NCBI GenBank assembly: GCA_963538815.1
Contig: CAUTJK010000002.1
Coordinates: forward strand, 17,571 to 81,570
Length of the DNA: 64,000 nucleotides
Reading direction: 5' to 3'
From: an uncultured Candidatus Saccharibacteria bacterium
GTDB lineage: Bacteria; Patescibacteriota; Saccharimonadia; Saccharimonadales; Saccharimonadaceae
Shown here: positions 40,178 to 49,549 of the stretch, piece by piece
Position numbering within the stretch: the stretch's first letter is position 1
Layout: every line of letters starts with the position of its first letter
The notes under the pieces: model-generated
What the model was told of the DNA's origin: nothing
The model's database searches: none
What the model saw: only the letters and a program-made list of their open reading frames with translations
Translations under genes and position numbers: made by a program

Positions 40178-42874
40178 CTACGAGCGCCGCCTGCGGAGTA
40201 TCCACACCCCGCCGCTGCCTAGCGCAATTGCAGCGAGGACAGTGGGGAGGAGGCTGTCGCCAGTGTTGGCGAGGAGGCCACTAGGGCGCGATGAGTTGCT
40301 GGTAGAGCCAGTGTGCGATGTATCTTCGTAGATGGCGATGGGGTCGAGGATCGTGCCGTTGGCAGTGCCATCTTCGTCACCAAAGCCGCCGTCGGTCACA
40401 TCGTAGGCAATTGTTGTGCGTGTGCCGCTGGGGTTTGTACCAAAGTTGATCCGGCTTGTGATATCTTCGATGACTGAGCCGCCTTTGGCCAGCTTGAGCA
40501 CGGTGAGGCGGCTTGGGTCGCGGTGGTGCTGGCTTAGTGTGAGTGCTACATGGGTGGTGTAGCCAGTGTGAGCGGTCTGCCCAGCACAGGTGATGGTGAA
40601 GCGCACGCTGTTGCGCAGAACCCGGCCTTGGTACTGCGCGGGGGCGGTTGCTGGCTCGGCTGAGGCAATGTGGCTGCACGGTTTGCCGGCCGTAGCGAGC
40701 GATACCGCACCGCCGTGTGGCTGGGTAATGGTAGTTGAGTTGGTCGGCTGATTTGGCTGCGTGGGCTGCTTGGGTGTTGGTGTGGATGGGGCTGATGTGA
40801 TGGCGTTAAGCCGAGCCTGGAGAGCGGCTTGTTTGCGTGCATCCTTGACGGCCGCAATGCGGGCTTGAGCAGCAGCAATATCTGCAGGGCTCTTGCTGGC
40901 TTCGGCTCGGGCCACAGCAGCTTCGGCAGCGGCCAGTGTGCGATCATCTACCGGTGGAGTGGTGGTATATATCATGCCACCGTAGGCAGCAGCTATCAGC
41001 TTGCTCCCATCGGTCGAGCTGGCAAGGGCTGACCAGTTGGGCACGCCAGGAGACGTCTGAGCTACCCACGTTGTGCCGCCGTCGGTCGATACGTAGATAT
41101 AACCACCACCGCCAGCTGTTGCAGCGAGGGTGTCGCCATCGGCCGAGATGGTTGCCGCTGTCCAGTTGTGCCGGCCGTCCACACTGCGCTCCGTCCATGT
41201 CACGCCACCATTGGTCGAGATGTAGACGTTACCACCAGCAGCTGTTGCGACGAGCTTTGTGCCATCGGGCGAGCTGGCAATTGATGTCCAGGTGCGGCTG
41301 CCAGCTTGGGTGCGTTCTGTCCAGGTCTTGCCGCCGTCTAAGGAGGTATAGATAGCACCGCCTTCGACGACTGCAGCTAGTTTGTTGCCATCAGCCGAGC
41401 TTGTGACGGCGCGCCATTTGCGGCTGCCCGACTTTGGCTGCTCCGTCCAGGTTGCACCGCCATCGCGCGAGGTGTAGATAACGTGATCCTTGGCGACAGC
41501 CACCAGCTTATTACCATCAGCCGAGCTCGCGATCGACATCCAGTTGATCGAGCCACTCATCGCGTGCTTGCGCCACGTTGCACCGCCGTCTTGCGATGTC
41601 ATGATGTAGCCGCCCCAGTCGTAGAGTGCCGCAATCTTGCTCCCATCGGCCGAGCTCGCGATGCTCACCCAGTTGCGCACCTCAGACTTTGGTTGCTCCG
41701 TCCAGGTCGCGCCACCGTCGCGAGAGGTGTGGATTGTGCCACCCCAGGCGGCAGCTGCAATCTTGCTCCCGTCGGTCGAGCTGGCAAGGGCCGACCATTT
41801 GCGGTCGCCTGCAGCATCATGCTTAGCCCATTTCGTGCCAGTTGCTGGCACTGGCGTCTCGGGTGGCTGCGTGCCCGCACCCTTTTGGAAGACACGCACA
41901 TAGTCGATCAGCATCGTCTGGGTGGGGAATGGCTCGGATGGGTCGATAGGGCTGAGATTTTTGCTAATCTCGACGTAGTCATTGAGGATGAATTGCCAGC
42001 CGCGGTGGAATGCACCATTAATATTCTCTTGGCTGGCGACCTTCGTCAGTGGTTCGGCATCCGTCCTGGGGAGGATGTTGCCATCGTCGGTAGGGCTCAC
42101 ATGGTAGCGATATACCTTGATGGGTTGGTCGTCTACAAAGTACTTGACCGTCGTACCATCATACTCAACGGCCCAGGTGTGCCACTCGTAGGCAAACGAG
42201 CCTGGCCGCGCACCGGCATAGTGCTCGCCACTGTGCGAGAGGGAGCGTGTCCGCCAGCCGGTCTTCCATTTGCCATCGGCACCGTGGTGGTAGCACGACA
42301 TGTGTGTGGTGGACCACGCGTAATTTGGTGTGGATGAATACCACTCGATGATGTCTAGCTCACCGTATGGGTCGTTGGCCTTGGGGTTGTCGTTGCAGTT
42401 TTGGAGCGTATTGCCACTCACCATCCACAGCGATGGCCGTGTGCCACGCTTGCCATTCCAATTAAACTTTGCCCGAATCTCGGCTCGGAATGGCTTGGTG
42501 CCGTCCACAACCTTGCCCTTGTTTTTGACCCGTCCACTAAGGTAGCGGGTTGTGGTGCCGCTGGGGCAGGGCTGCTCACTCATGTTGGCACTGGTAAGCG
42601 GCTCGCTGAGGTTGCTCACGCAGTGGCGCTGCGTGGTGATCTCGAGGTGGCTGTTGGCAACCTTGAGATTGTTTGGGCTGTAGGCGAGGTGCGTATTGCG
42701 CAGATTATCAGTATTTTGCTTGAGTATATCCCACTCGCCAGACACAGCCGAGCCAGTAAACTCATCGTGCCACACCATACCCCACTGGTCGGCATGCGTT
42801 GTGCCATGATAGAGAAGTGCAAGCAACACAACACTACCAAGTGCCGCAAGCACAATAATTGCTTTTTTTATCAC
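40178..42874 (-). CDS. Secreted GH16 glycoside hydrolase fused to BNR/Asp-box propeller, Ala-rich linker, C-terminal domain and LAxTG sorting signal (start GTG 42874 or ATG 42916)
   Basis: Signal peptide IKKAIIVLAALGSVVLLALL and GH16 catalytic motif GELDIIEW. Repeated S/T-x-DGG-x-TW blades. The C-terminus is LANTG plus a hydrophobic helix plus RRRRS. Confidence 0.85.
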   Translation of the reverse strand: MIKKAIIVLAALGSVVLLALLYHGTTHADQWGMVWHDEFTGSAVSGEWDILKQNTDNLRNTHLAYSPNNLKVANSHLEITTQRHCVSNLSEPLTSANMSEQPCPSGTTTRYLSGRVKNKGKVVDGTKPFRAEIRAKFNWNGKRGTRPSLWMVSGNTLQNCNDNPKANDPYGELDIIEWYSSTPNYAWSTTHMSCYHHGADGKWKTGWRTRSLSHSGEHYAGARPGSFAYEWHTWAVEYDGTTVKYFVDDQPIKVYRYHVSPTDDGNILPRTDAEPLTKVASQENINGAFHRGWQFILNDYVEISKNLSPIDPSEPFPTQTMLIDYVRVFQKGAGTQPPETPVPATGTKWAKHDAAGDRKWSALASSTDGSKIAAAAWGGTIHTSRDGGATWTEQPKSEVRNWVSIASSADGSKIAALYDWGGYIMTSQDGGATWRKHAMSGSINWMSIASSADGNKLVAVAKDHVIYTSRDGGATWTEQPKSGSRKWRAVTSSADGNKLAAVVEGGAIYTSLDGGKTWTERTQAGSRTWTSIASSPDGTKLVATAAGGNVYISTNGGVTWTERSVDGRHNWTAATISADGDTLAATAGGGGYIYVSTDGGTTWVAQTSPGVPNWSALASSTDGSKLIAAAYGGMIYTTTPPVDDRTLAAAEAAVARAEASKSPADIAAAQARIAAVKDARKQAALQARLNAITSAPSTPTPKQPTQPNQPTNSTTITQPHGGAVSLATAGKPCSHIASAEPATAPAQYQGRVLRNSVRFTITCAGQTAHTGYTTHVALTLSQHHRDPSRLTVLKLAKGGSVIEDITSRINFGTNPSGTRTTIAYDVTDGGFGDEDGTANGTILDPIAIYEDTSHTGSTSNSSRPSGLLANTGDSLLPTVLAAIALGSGGVWILRRRRS

Positions 42875-43179
42875 CGTTTTGTCCCCCCTGTTTTTGTCTA
42901 AAAACGTTATGAGCATGATTATAACGCTTATGGTTAGCTTTTGGCAAGGGGTTAGGCCCATAATCTTGCAAGACTCGCTGCATAATGCATATTTTTGCCA
43001 GGGCGAGAGAGCACTGTATATGCTCGCAGTGTGGGCAGTTATCCACGCGATTTCCACAGCACGATGTGGTTTTTACACCGCTACAGAGATGGGGTAATAA
43101 GGGGTGGTCTTTTGGGCTATTGCAGCAGAGGATAGTGGGGTATACTAGAGGCACGACAACCTAACACAAAGGAGGGTGT

Positions 43180-44040
43180 ATGACGAAGTTAATTAACTAT
43201 TCGCTGGCCGGTGTGGCAGTGGCCGCAGCCATGGTGTGCCTGAGTGGTGCGCCAGCTCATGCCACCGAGCAAGAGCTCAGTGCAGCGCGTGCGGCGTGTA
43301 GTACAGTGGTTGGCCAGGTCAAGGCAGCCAAAGCATATGCCTACTGGAAGATGCCGGAGGGCTATCCGGAGGATCACAGCGCCGATGCAACCAACAGCTT
43401 CCGCCAGCAGCATGGCTGGGTGGTGGCCGGCACAGAGGTGTACGACTGGGCGTCTAACGAAGCATTTGCCAACAGTGGGCGCTTTGTCTGGGGCAGCAAG
43501 ACGGTCAACTTTGCGCCAGGCAACTTCTGCTTGAGCAGTGGCAAGACGACGGGTGGCCGCGAGCTCCTTCTCACCTTCCAAAAGGATGGTAACCTCGTGC
43601 TCTATAGCCACACTGGCACGGCCCAGTGGGCGTCTAACACGCAGGGCAAGGGTGCACGCCTGGCCTTCCAGGGCGACCGCAATATTGTTGTGTACGACAA
43701 GAACGACAAAGCTCTCTGGGCATCGAGCTGGCAGTGGAGTACCCCGCGCCGCGGTGCCAAGATTGCTCAGCCCGGCCAGCGCTGGTGGCACGGCTATGGC
43801 AAGGCACAGCAAACACCAGAGTGGTTTCATGCGTCGCGTCGCACTACAACCAAGCCACAAGACACTGGCGTGCTCACCCTGCGCGCCACCGACCGCACCA
43901 TCGAGGGTATCCCCGAGACCAACTGGGCCTCGCCACAGTACCCACAGCGCGCTACCTATGGCTCGGTAGTGGTAACCAACGAAGCACGAGGTGATGGCAT
44001 ACGAAACCACGTCAACATCGTTGGGACGTTCGACAACTAA
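43180..44040 (+). CDS. Secreted bulb-type (mannose-binding, B_lectin) lectin domain protein
   Basis: AAAGGAGGG RBS and a signal peptide. Two exact QxDxNxVxY motifs (QKDGNLVLY, QGDRNIVVY). Confidence 0.8.
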   Translation: MTKLINYSLAGVAVAAAMVCLSGAPAHATEQELSAARAACSTVVGQVKAAKAYAYWKMPEGYPEDHSADATNSFRQQHGWVVAGTEVYDWASNEAFANSGRFVWGSKTVNFAPGNFCLSSGKTTGGRELLLTFQKDGNLVLYSHTGTAQWASNTQGKGARLAFQGDRNIVVYDKNDKALWASSWQWSTPRRGAKIAQPGQRWWHGYGKAQQTPEWFHASRRTTTKPQDTGVLTLRATDRTIEGIPETNWASPQYPQRATYGSVVVTNEARGDGIRNHVNIVGTFDN

Positions 44041-44078
44041 GCAGCGTATGTAGCCTATATCACGTTCTGCTCACTATG

Positions 44079-44112
44079 CCCCGCATCATACTGATGCGGG
44101 GTGTTTGGTTTT
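44079..44112 (+). terminator. Rho-independent terminator
   Basis: CCCCGCATCA / TGATGCGGGG stem followed by TGTTTGGTTTT. Confidence 0.8.
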
Positions 44113-44241
44113 CTGTGGAGTAGTGTAAAGTCGTTTTAAAATGCCTTGACCTAAGATAGCACCTATTGTAGCTATGCTTGCCCATAGAGCAGGGCTATAC
44201 TATTATATCTAGTATCACAAGGTAAGTATAAGGATCAACCT

Positions 44242-44766
44242 ATGAGCAGAAACGAAGGACTACAGACAGAGACCAACTGGCGCAGCCGATCAGCGAAGAT
44301 TGTTGGCTCAGTGGCGGCACTAGCGGTTGCCACAGGAGGCGCGGCTGGCTGTGCAAGCTTGGAAAAAGATGTGGGTGTGACGATAGAAAGGCAATGCACA
44401 ACACATGATGGCGGTCTCGTTGGCTGGGAAAATGTTTCGTATAAAGATAACCCACCTTCCTTTAGCGGGTATGAAGCCGATAAGGCAACGCTTCATTGCC
44501 CAAAGGGGTCGACCGTTACACCGGAGCACAGTGTGAGCTATACATTATTTGACCCAACTGACTCCACGCAGCTCAATCATGCACGATGGGATCAGATGAA
44601 AGGCAGCAGTGTCTCGTATATTGTCAAAGAAACAAATCGTGACGACCCAGTCCTGACGACAGAAAGCGACAGCACCGGCACAGAAGTGACAATACGTACA
44701 GTGGAGCAGAGTGGGCTTGCTGTGCATCTGGAGCGATACGAGCCAAAGAAACCATCACAGGAATAA
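44242..44766 (+). CDS. Putative lipoprotein, unknown function
   Basis: Lipobox-like GGAAGC after a hydrophobic N-terminus. Confidence 0.6.
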   Translation: MSRNEGLQTETNWRSRSAKIVGSVAALAVATGGAAGCASLEKDVGVTIERQCTTHDGGLVGWENVSYKDNPPSFSGYEADKATLHCPKGSTVTPEHSVSYTLFDPTDSTQLNHARWDQMKGSSVSYIVKETNRDDPVLTTESDSTGTEVTIRTVEQSGLAVHLERYEPKKPSQE

Positions 44767-44826
44767 GTAAAAAGATAATCCCGTCTGCCTTGCTAGGTTA
44801 TATAATGGGAAAGGAATCTAGAATAG

Positions 44827-45507
44827 ATGAAAACAATCTATATCCACGAATCTGGTACGTTGGACTTGGGTTGCCATAAGCCGTACTTCGTTATGGCAGC
44901 GCTGATGATCGACGACGAGAAAGCGCTCAAGCGGATGAAGAATTTGATCCGGCGGGTAAACGGCTACGTTTTGCGACGATACAAACCAGGGTCATTTCTT
45001 GTCGATTGGTACGTCAAAGAACATATTGAGCAGTATATTACGAAAAGCCTACCAGCTCGGGATGATCACTCTATCACGTATGTTGTGATGAAGCGCGACA
45101 AAGAGCAGACGCGAATGCGCAATAAAGCAGCACGTATCCATATGCGGCAGGTGCTGCTGCGCCGGCTGCTGCTCGATACACTGGTGCGGTGCCATGAGGA
45201 TGTACGTATCGTTATGAGCAATAAGACGATCAAGGCGGCAACGGCGCGTCAGATACAGCGCTACATGCAACAGCAGGCGCGTGAGCACGGGTACCAGCAT
45301 GCACTTGTGATTGACGCGGTTGAGCCGCAAACTAACTATGGACTGCGTATGGCGCATTTTATTACCCGCCTTGTTTTTGTGACGTATATGCGACCAGTGT
45401 ATCTTGGCCGGGTGCTGCACAATCTTCCATTGGCGCGGCTCCGCATTGCAAAAGGTGAATTCATTCACGAGAGCCATACCAACTGGTTGCTCGATCAGCT
45501 TGCTTGA
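44827..45507 (+). CDS. DUF3800-like protein
   Basis: N-terminal IYIHESG (family motif is Y-I-D-E-S-G-like) and C-terminal GLRMAHFITRLV (resembles the LQ-AD-I motif). Assigned from memory only. Confidence 0.55.
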   Translation: MKTIYIHESGTLDLGCHKPYFVMAALMIDDEKALKRMKNLIRRVNGYVLRRYKPGSFLVDWYVKEHIEQYITKSLPARDDHSITYVVMKRDKEQTRMRNKAARIHMRQVLLRRLLLDTLVRCHEDVRIVMSNKTIKAATARQIQRYMQQQAREHGYQHALVIDAVEPQTNYGLRMAHFITRLVFVTYMRPVYLGRVLHNLPLARLRIAKGEFIHESHTNWLLDQLA

Positions 45508-45667
45508 TATATACTAAGTGGGCACCACATGTGGTGTCTGTGGAGTCAGTCTTATGTCTTGCTTAGTGTAGTAAGTGACGTGTATCGTCACCGAGACATA
45601 AGCATCCATGGCGCGTTTGCTGAACGCGCCATTTTTTGATGTCATGTTCCTATAGATTATTATATTG

Positions 45668-45676
45668 TGATATAAT
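45668..45676 (+). promoter_or_regulatory. Extended -10 box (TGATATAAT) 9 nt upstream of the ATG
   Basis: The -10 ends at 45676 and the ATG is at 45685. Confidence 0.5.
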
Positions 45677-45684
45677 CTATCTCC

Positions 45685-46239
45685 ATGACAGAGAAGTTCC
45701 AAACATCAGCACACCCATCACCTGAAGAACCCAACGTGCAGATACATCTGCGCAATTTGCGGGCAGACGATGATGCGGATAAGGCACGCCTTGGTGTGTG
45801 GTATGGTCTACATCGAAGTGCGGGTGATATCTATGTGGCAGATATCGGGGTAGGAAACCAGCCGCATCATAAGGATTTGCGGGCTGAGATTGGCTTTGAA
45901 TCTAAAGATTCATACCTAATATTACCAGAGGATTTTGCCTATACACTTGGTTTTGCGTTTGGGCGCTATAATCCAGATAAGACTGAGCAGGATGCTTATG
46001 GTGCTTCTTACGATTTGCAGGCAGAGCGCTTCCATCAGGCAGAGGTATCTGCCGCAACGACCGATGCCATTGTCCGCACAGCAATGCTTGGAATGAAGTA
46101 TGCGCTTGTGGTTGACGCAAAGCAGCTAGCTGATCTGCCGCCGACTGTGCAGCATCCTGATACACAACTTCTTATACCTGAAGACTGGCAGGGCAAGGTC
46201 GACACGACAGGTATCGACCGCAGTGGCCGCCCAATATAG
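45685..46239 (+). CDS. Hypothetical protein
   Basis: ORF with normal composition; promoter-proximal ATG. Confidence 0.6.
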   Translation: MTEKFQTSAHPSPEEPNVQIHLRNLRADDDADKARLGVWYGLHRSAGDIYVADIGVGNQPHHKDLRAEIGFESKDSYLILPEDFAYTLGFAFGRYNPDKTEQDAYGASYDLQAERFHQAEVSAATTDAIVRTAMLGMKYALVVDAKQLADLPPTVQHPDTQLLIPEDWQGKVDTTGIDRSGRPI

Positions 46240-46251
46240 CGTAGAGTACTC

Positions 46252-46788
46252 TTACTGATACACCGCCGGCTTCAACACACCAATATACGGCAGGTTGCGG
46301 TAGTGCTGGCGGTAGTCGAGGCCGTAGCCCACCACGAATTCATTGGGGGTGGGGATGCCGATGTAGTCGGCCTGCACATCCACCGTGCGGCGCTCGGGCT
46401 TATCCAGCAGAGTGCAGAGCTTGGTGCTGGCGGTGTGGCGCTCGGCAAATAAATCAAACAACGCCTGAGCGGTGTGGCCCGTATCCACAATGTCTTCTAC
46501 CAGCAGCACATGCCGGCCAGCCACATCTGTATCGAGGTCCTTGAGGATGCGCACATTGCCAGTGGAGGTAAGTTCATCGCCATAGCTCGAAACGTCCATA
46601 AAGTCGATTTCCAGCATGCAATCCATCGCTCGCACTAGGTCGATCATAAAGGGCGCTGCCCCGCGCAAAATACCCACCACTAGCGGGTTTTTATCGGCAT
46701 ATTCCTGGCTCAGCTGCTCACCCAGGCGCGCCACAGCACGCGCAATGTCATCTTTGGTAAAGAGGATTGTTTCGATATCATTATGCAT
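46252..46788 (-). CDS. hpt: Hypoxanthine-guanine phosphoribosyltransferase
   Basis: [12 protein letters not shown] and PRPP loop [13 protein letters not shown]. Confidence 0.92.
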   Translation of the reverse strand: MHNDIETILFTKDDIARAVARLGEQLSQEYADKNPLVVGILRGAAPFMIDLVRAMDCMLEIDFMDVSSYGDELTSTGNVRILKDLDTDVAGRHVLLVEDIVDTGHTAQALFDLFAERHTASTKLCTLLDKPERRTVDVQADYIGIPTPNEFVVGYGLDYRQHYRNLPYIGVLKPAVYQ

Positions 46789-46873
46789 AAGGATTATTGT
46801 AGCAGATGTGCAGGGCGAGGGCGAATTTTTTGGAAGATGATGTGCGGTGAAAAATGCGTGGAGACGTGAACAA

Positions 46874-46882
46874 TGCTACAAT
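46874..46882 (+). promoter_or_regulatory. Extended -10 box (TGCTACAAT) 7 nt upstream of the ATG at 46889
   Basis: The -10 ends at 46882 and the ATG is at 46889. Confidence 0.5.
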
Positions 46883-46888
46883 ACCATC

Positions 46889-47458
46889 ATGACACAACGT
46901 ACCATTCCATCCCATGCTCGGATGATTCCGCCCGAGGCACAGTGTGTCTTTGTGGGCGAGATATTTCGCGTCTACCAGTGGCCGCAGCGGCTCTATAATG
47001 GCTCAGTAGCAACCTTCGAAATGGTGCGCCGACCCGACACAGTATTCATCATTGCGGTCGATGATGCAGGCAAGGTGCTCGTAAACGATGAAGAGCAGCC
47101 AGGCGGCATCGTGCGGCGTGGCCACCTGCCAGCAGGGCGGGTCGACCCTGAGGATACAACCATCATCGCGGCGGCGCAGCGCGAACTGCGCGAGGAGACA
47201 GGCTGGGAGTTTGCCGACTGGCAGCTGCTGGAGGTGGTGCAGCCCGAGCCGAAGATGGAGTGGTTTATCCACCTTGTGTTGGCCCAGCAACCCGTGCGCC
47301 ACATGCCACCACACTGCGATGCGGGCGAGCGGATTACCACTCGCGCAATCTCCTGGCAAGAACTTGTGCAATCGGCGGTGCTACTGCGGCATTTCCCATG
47401 GCTACGCGATGTTGCCTCGGTGGAGGAGCTTGCTCCGCGTCATAGGGGTGACCTATAA
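46889..47458 (+). CDS. NUDIX hydrolase (ADP-ribose pyrophosphatase-like)
   Basis: Nudix box core AAAQRELREETGW. Confidence 0.8.
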   Translation: MTQRTIPSHARMIPPEAQCVFVGEIFRVYQWPQRLYNGSVATFEMVRRPDTVFIIAVDDAGKVLVNDEEQPGGIVRRGHLPAGRVDPEDTTIIAAAQRELREETGWEFADWQLLEVVQPEPKMEWFIHLVLAQQPVRHMPPHCDAGERITTRAISWQELVQSAVLLRHFPWLRDVASVEELAPRHRGDL

Positions 47459-47583
47459 GGGCAATAGGGGTGTGGGTATATCATGTTTCTTATCTAGCGG
47501 TATAGCTAAGCCTAGTCGATATTGCATACACAACAGGGTAGAATAATTGCCTTCTGCGCTTCATACGGTATAATAGAAAAATT

Positions 47584-48387
47584 ATGAATCGACCTATCAA
47601 GCAGATAAAACACATCAAGCAGCAGGGTAAGCTCCTGCGGATTTTTTGGCAGGCGCTGGCAGTGGCGACAGTGGTGGTGAGCGTGAAGTTCGTCCTGCAC
47701 CGTCTGGGGTGGGAGCCGATTGAGCAGAGCTCGCTGCACAATAGTGTGATATCCAGCGTGACCTTTGTGATTGGTTTTTTGCTCTCGGCTACGATTGCAG
47801 ACTACAAAGAGTCGGAGCGGATCCCAGCGGAGTTTGCGGCACTACTAGAAGATATGTATGATGACGCCGCGGCGATTCATCAGAGCTATCCGGTGTTTGA
47901 TCTCGATGGCTTCCGGCACCAACTCCATGCTGTGGCCCAAGGGTTTTCGAGCGATGTGCGCCACTCGGCCTACGATGCCCGGCAGGACATCCGGGGCTTA
48001 ACGCCGTATTTTGCCACGATGGAGCAGGGCAATGTACCGCCCAACTTCATCGTCAAACTCAAGCAGCAGCAGACGGTACTGCTCCGCCACCGCCATAGGG
48101 TAGATTACATCCAGCGGATCCGTTTTATTCCCTCGGCATCCATCTTGGCGCGCTCTATTGTGGTGGCGTTGCTTGGCCTCTTGCTTATTACCAACATCGA
48201 CCCATTTGTCGCCAGCCTGACGGTCGTGGGGCTGATTAGCTTCGTCTTGGTGTATATGATCATCCTCATCCATATCATCAGCACACCCTTCCACAAGGCT
48301 GGCAAAACCCGCGACGACGTCAGCCTCTTCCTTATTCGCGATGCAGAAGAATACCTGAGCAGCCCAAGCAACACGACGAGTAAATAG
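47584..48387 (+). CDS. Membrane protein, unknown function
   Basis: Four hydrophobic helices in two pairs separated by a soluble domain. Confidence 0.6.
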   Translation: MNRPIKQIKHIKQQGKLLRIFWQALAVATVVVSVKFVLHRLGWEPIEQSSLHNSVISSVTFVIGFLLSATIADYKESERIPAEFAALLEDMYDDAAAIHQSYPVFDLDGFRHQLHAVAQGFSSDVRHSAYDARQDIRGLTPYFATMEQGNVPPNFIVKLKQQQTVLLRHRHRVDYIQRIRFIPSASILARSIVVALLGLLLITNIDPFVASLTVVGLISFVLVYMIILIHIISTPFHKAGKTRDDVSLFLIRDAEEYLSSPSNTTSK

Positions 48388-48568
48388 ATTACCACGATAG
48401 CAAATCTCTGTGCTTTATCAATAAAGATATAGATAACAGGTGTATTATTACCCATAGAATAGAGGTATACGGCTATAGCAGCTCCCTTTTCGCTAGTAGG
48501 TGGCTCGCTATTATCGCCCAACATTGCTATAATACAACTGTACTAACATTAACCATGGAGGACATCAC

Positions 48569-48784
48569 ATGGGACTTACTGACGACATCAAAGCCAAAGC
48601 CGATGACGCACAAGCTAAGGTCAAAGCAGCAGCCAGTGACGCAAAAGACAAAGCTGAAGAAGTAGCTGAGAAGGCCAAAGACGCTGCGCAAAACGCCGTT
48701 GATACTGTGAAAGACAAGGCAAACGACATTGAGAACAAAGCTCACGAAACCAAGGGCTACGTAAAAGGCAAGATGGATAAATAA
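48569..48784 (+). CDS. Small hydrophilic Lys/Ala/Asp-rich protein (LEA/CsbD/YtxH-like stress protein pattern)
   Basis: GGAGG RBS and repetitive KAxDAxxKxK amphipathic pattern; a terminator follows. Confidence 0.6.
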   Translation: MGLTDDIKAKADDAQAKVKAAASDAKDKAEEVAEKAKDAAQNAVDTVKDKANDIENKAHETKGYVKGKMDK

Positions 48785-48806
48785 CCCCCGCCTCTTGATG
48801 GCTACG

Positions 48807-48838
48807 AGAGCTGCTCTGCATGTTAGAGCAGCTCTTTT
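48807..48838 (+). terminator. Rho-independent terminator
   Basis: AGAGCTGCTCT / AGAGCAGCTCT stem followed by TTT. Confidence 0.7.
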
Positions 48839-48905
48839 GGTGTGAGCACGCATTTGCGAGGCAGCACTATACATGGTACGATGAGAAAAAATATAAGGAG
48901 AAATT

Positions 48906-49478
48906 ATGCCCATCCATAACCCTGCCGATTATCCCGCCATCATCGCGCGCCTCAAAGCCAAGCTAGCCGAAAAGGGCGTCGTGATGGGTCCAACGCTCAG
49001 CGAGGCAGACATTACCGCCTTTGAGACCGCCTGCAACACGCGCCTGCCCGAGGCCTATCGACTCTTCCTCCAGCAGGTAGGCGATGGCTGCCAAGATATT
49101 CGGCAACCCAGTGGTATCTCTATCTATGGCCTCAAACGACTGGCTGATACCGAGGTAAAGGACCTCTCGCGCAGTGTGACGATCGATGACTACTGGCTCT
49201 GGGAGGAAGAAGAGGATGAGGCACTGCTCACGGACGAAGCATTTGAGGAGCGGCTGGGTAACGAAGGTGTGCTGCTCCTCGACCAAGGCTGTGGCGATAC
49301 CTACCAGCTTATCACCTCTGGCAAATGGGCTGGCGAAGTGTGGAACTTCTGCGACGTAGGGGCTGGCCCATGCTGCGAGCGCCAGGACTTCCTTGGCTGG
49401 CTGGAGCTGTGGGTCGATAGCGACTTTGACGCAGACTTCTTCAAGGATTATGTCTATCCAGGTGATACTGCACAGTAA
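48906..49478 (+). CDS. SMI1/KNR4 (SUKH-1) family protein, immunity-protein-like
   Basis: AAGGAG RBS; the N-terminal pattern ...ITAFETACNTRLPEAYRLFLQQVGDG is typical of the family. Confidence 0.65.
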   Translation: MPIHNPADYPAIIARLKAKLAEKGVVMGPTLSEADITAFETACNTRLPEAYRLFLQQVGDGCQDIRQPSGISIYGLKRLADTEVKDLSRSVTIDDYWLWEEEEDEALLTDEAFEERLGNEGVLLLDQGCGDTYQLITSGKWAGEVWNFCDVGAGPCCERQDFLGWLELWVDSDFDADFFKDYVYPGDTAQ

Positions 49479-49549
49479 TACCCCCATGCCCCATAGCACG
49501 TGTCTGCAGGGGGTATTAGCCACCGCCAGGCCATGCTACACTAAGGAGT

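Noticed and set aside
42875-43057. 61-codon upstream extension of the GH16-BNR gene
   Set aside because: The signal peptide begins at the GTG at 42874 (VIKKAIIVLAALGS), and the extension has no secretion logic. The A7 run at the start of the signal peptide is probably too short for phase variation.
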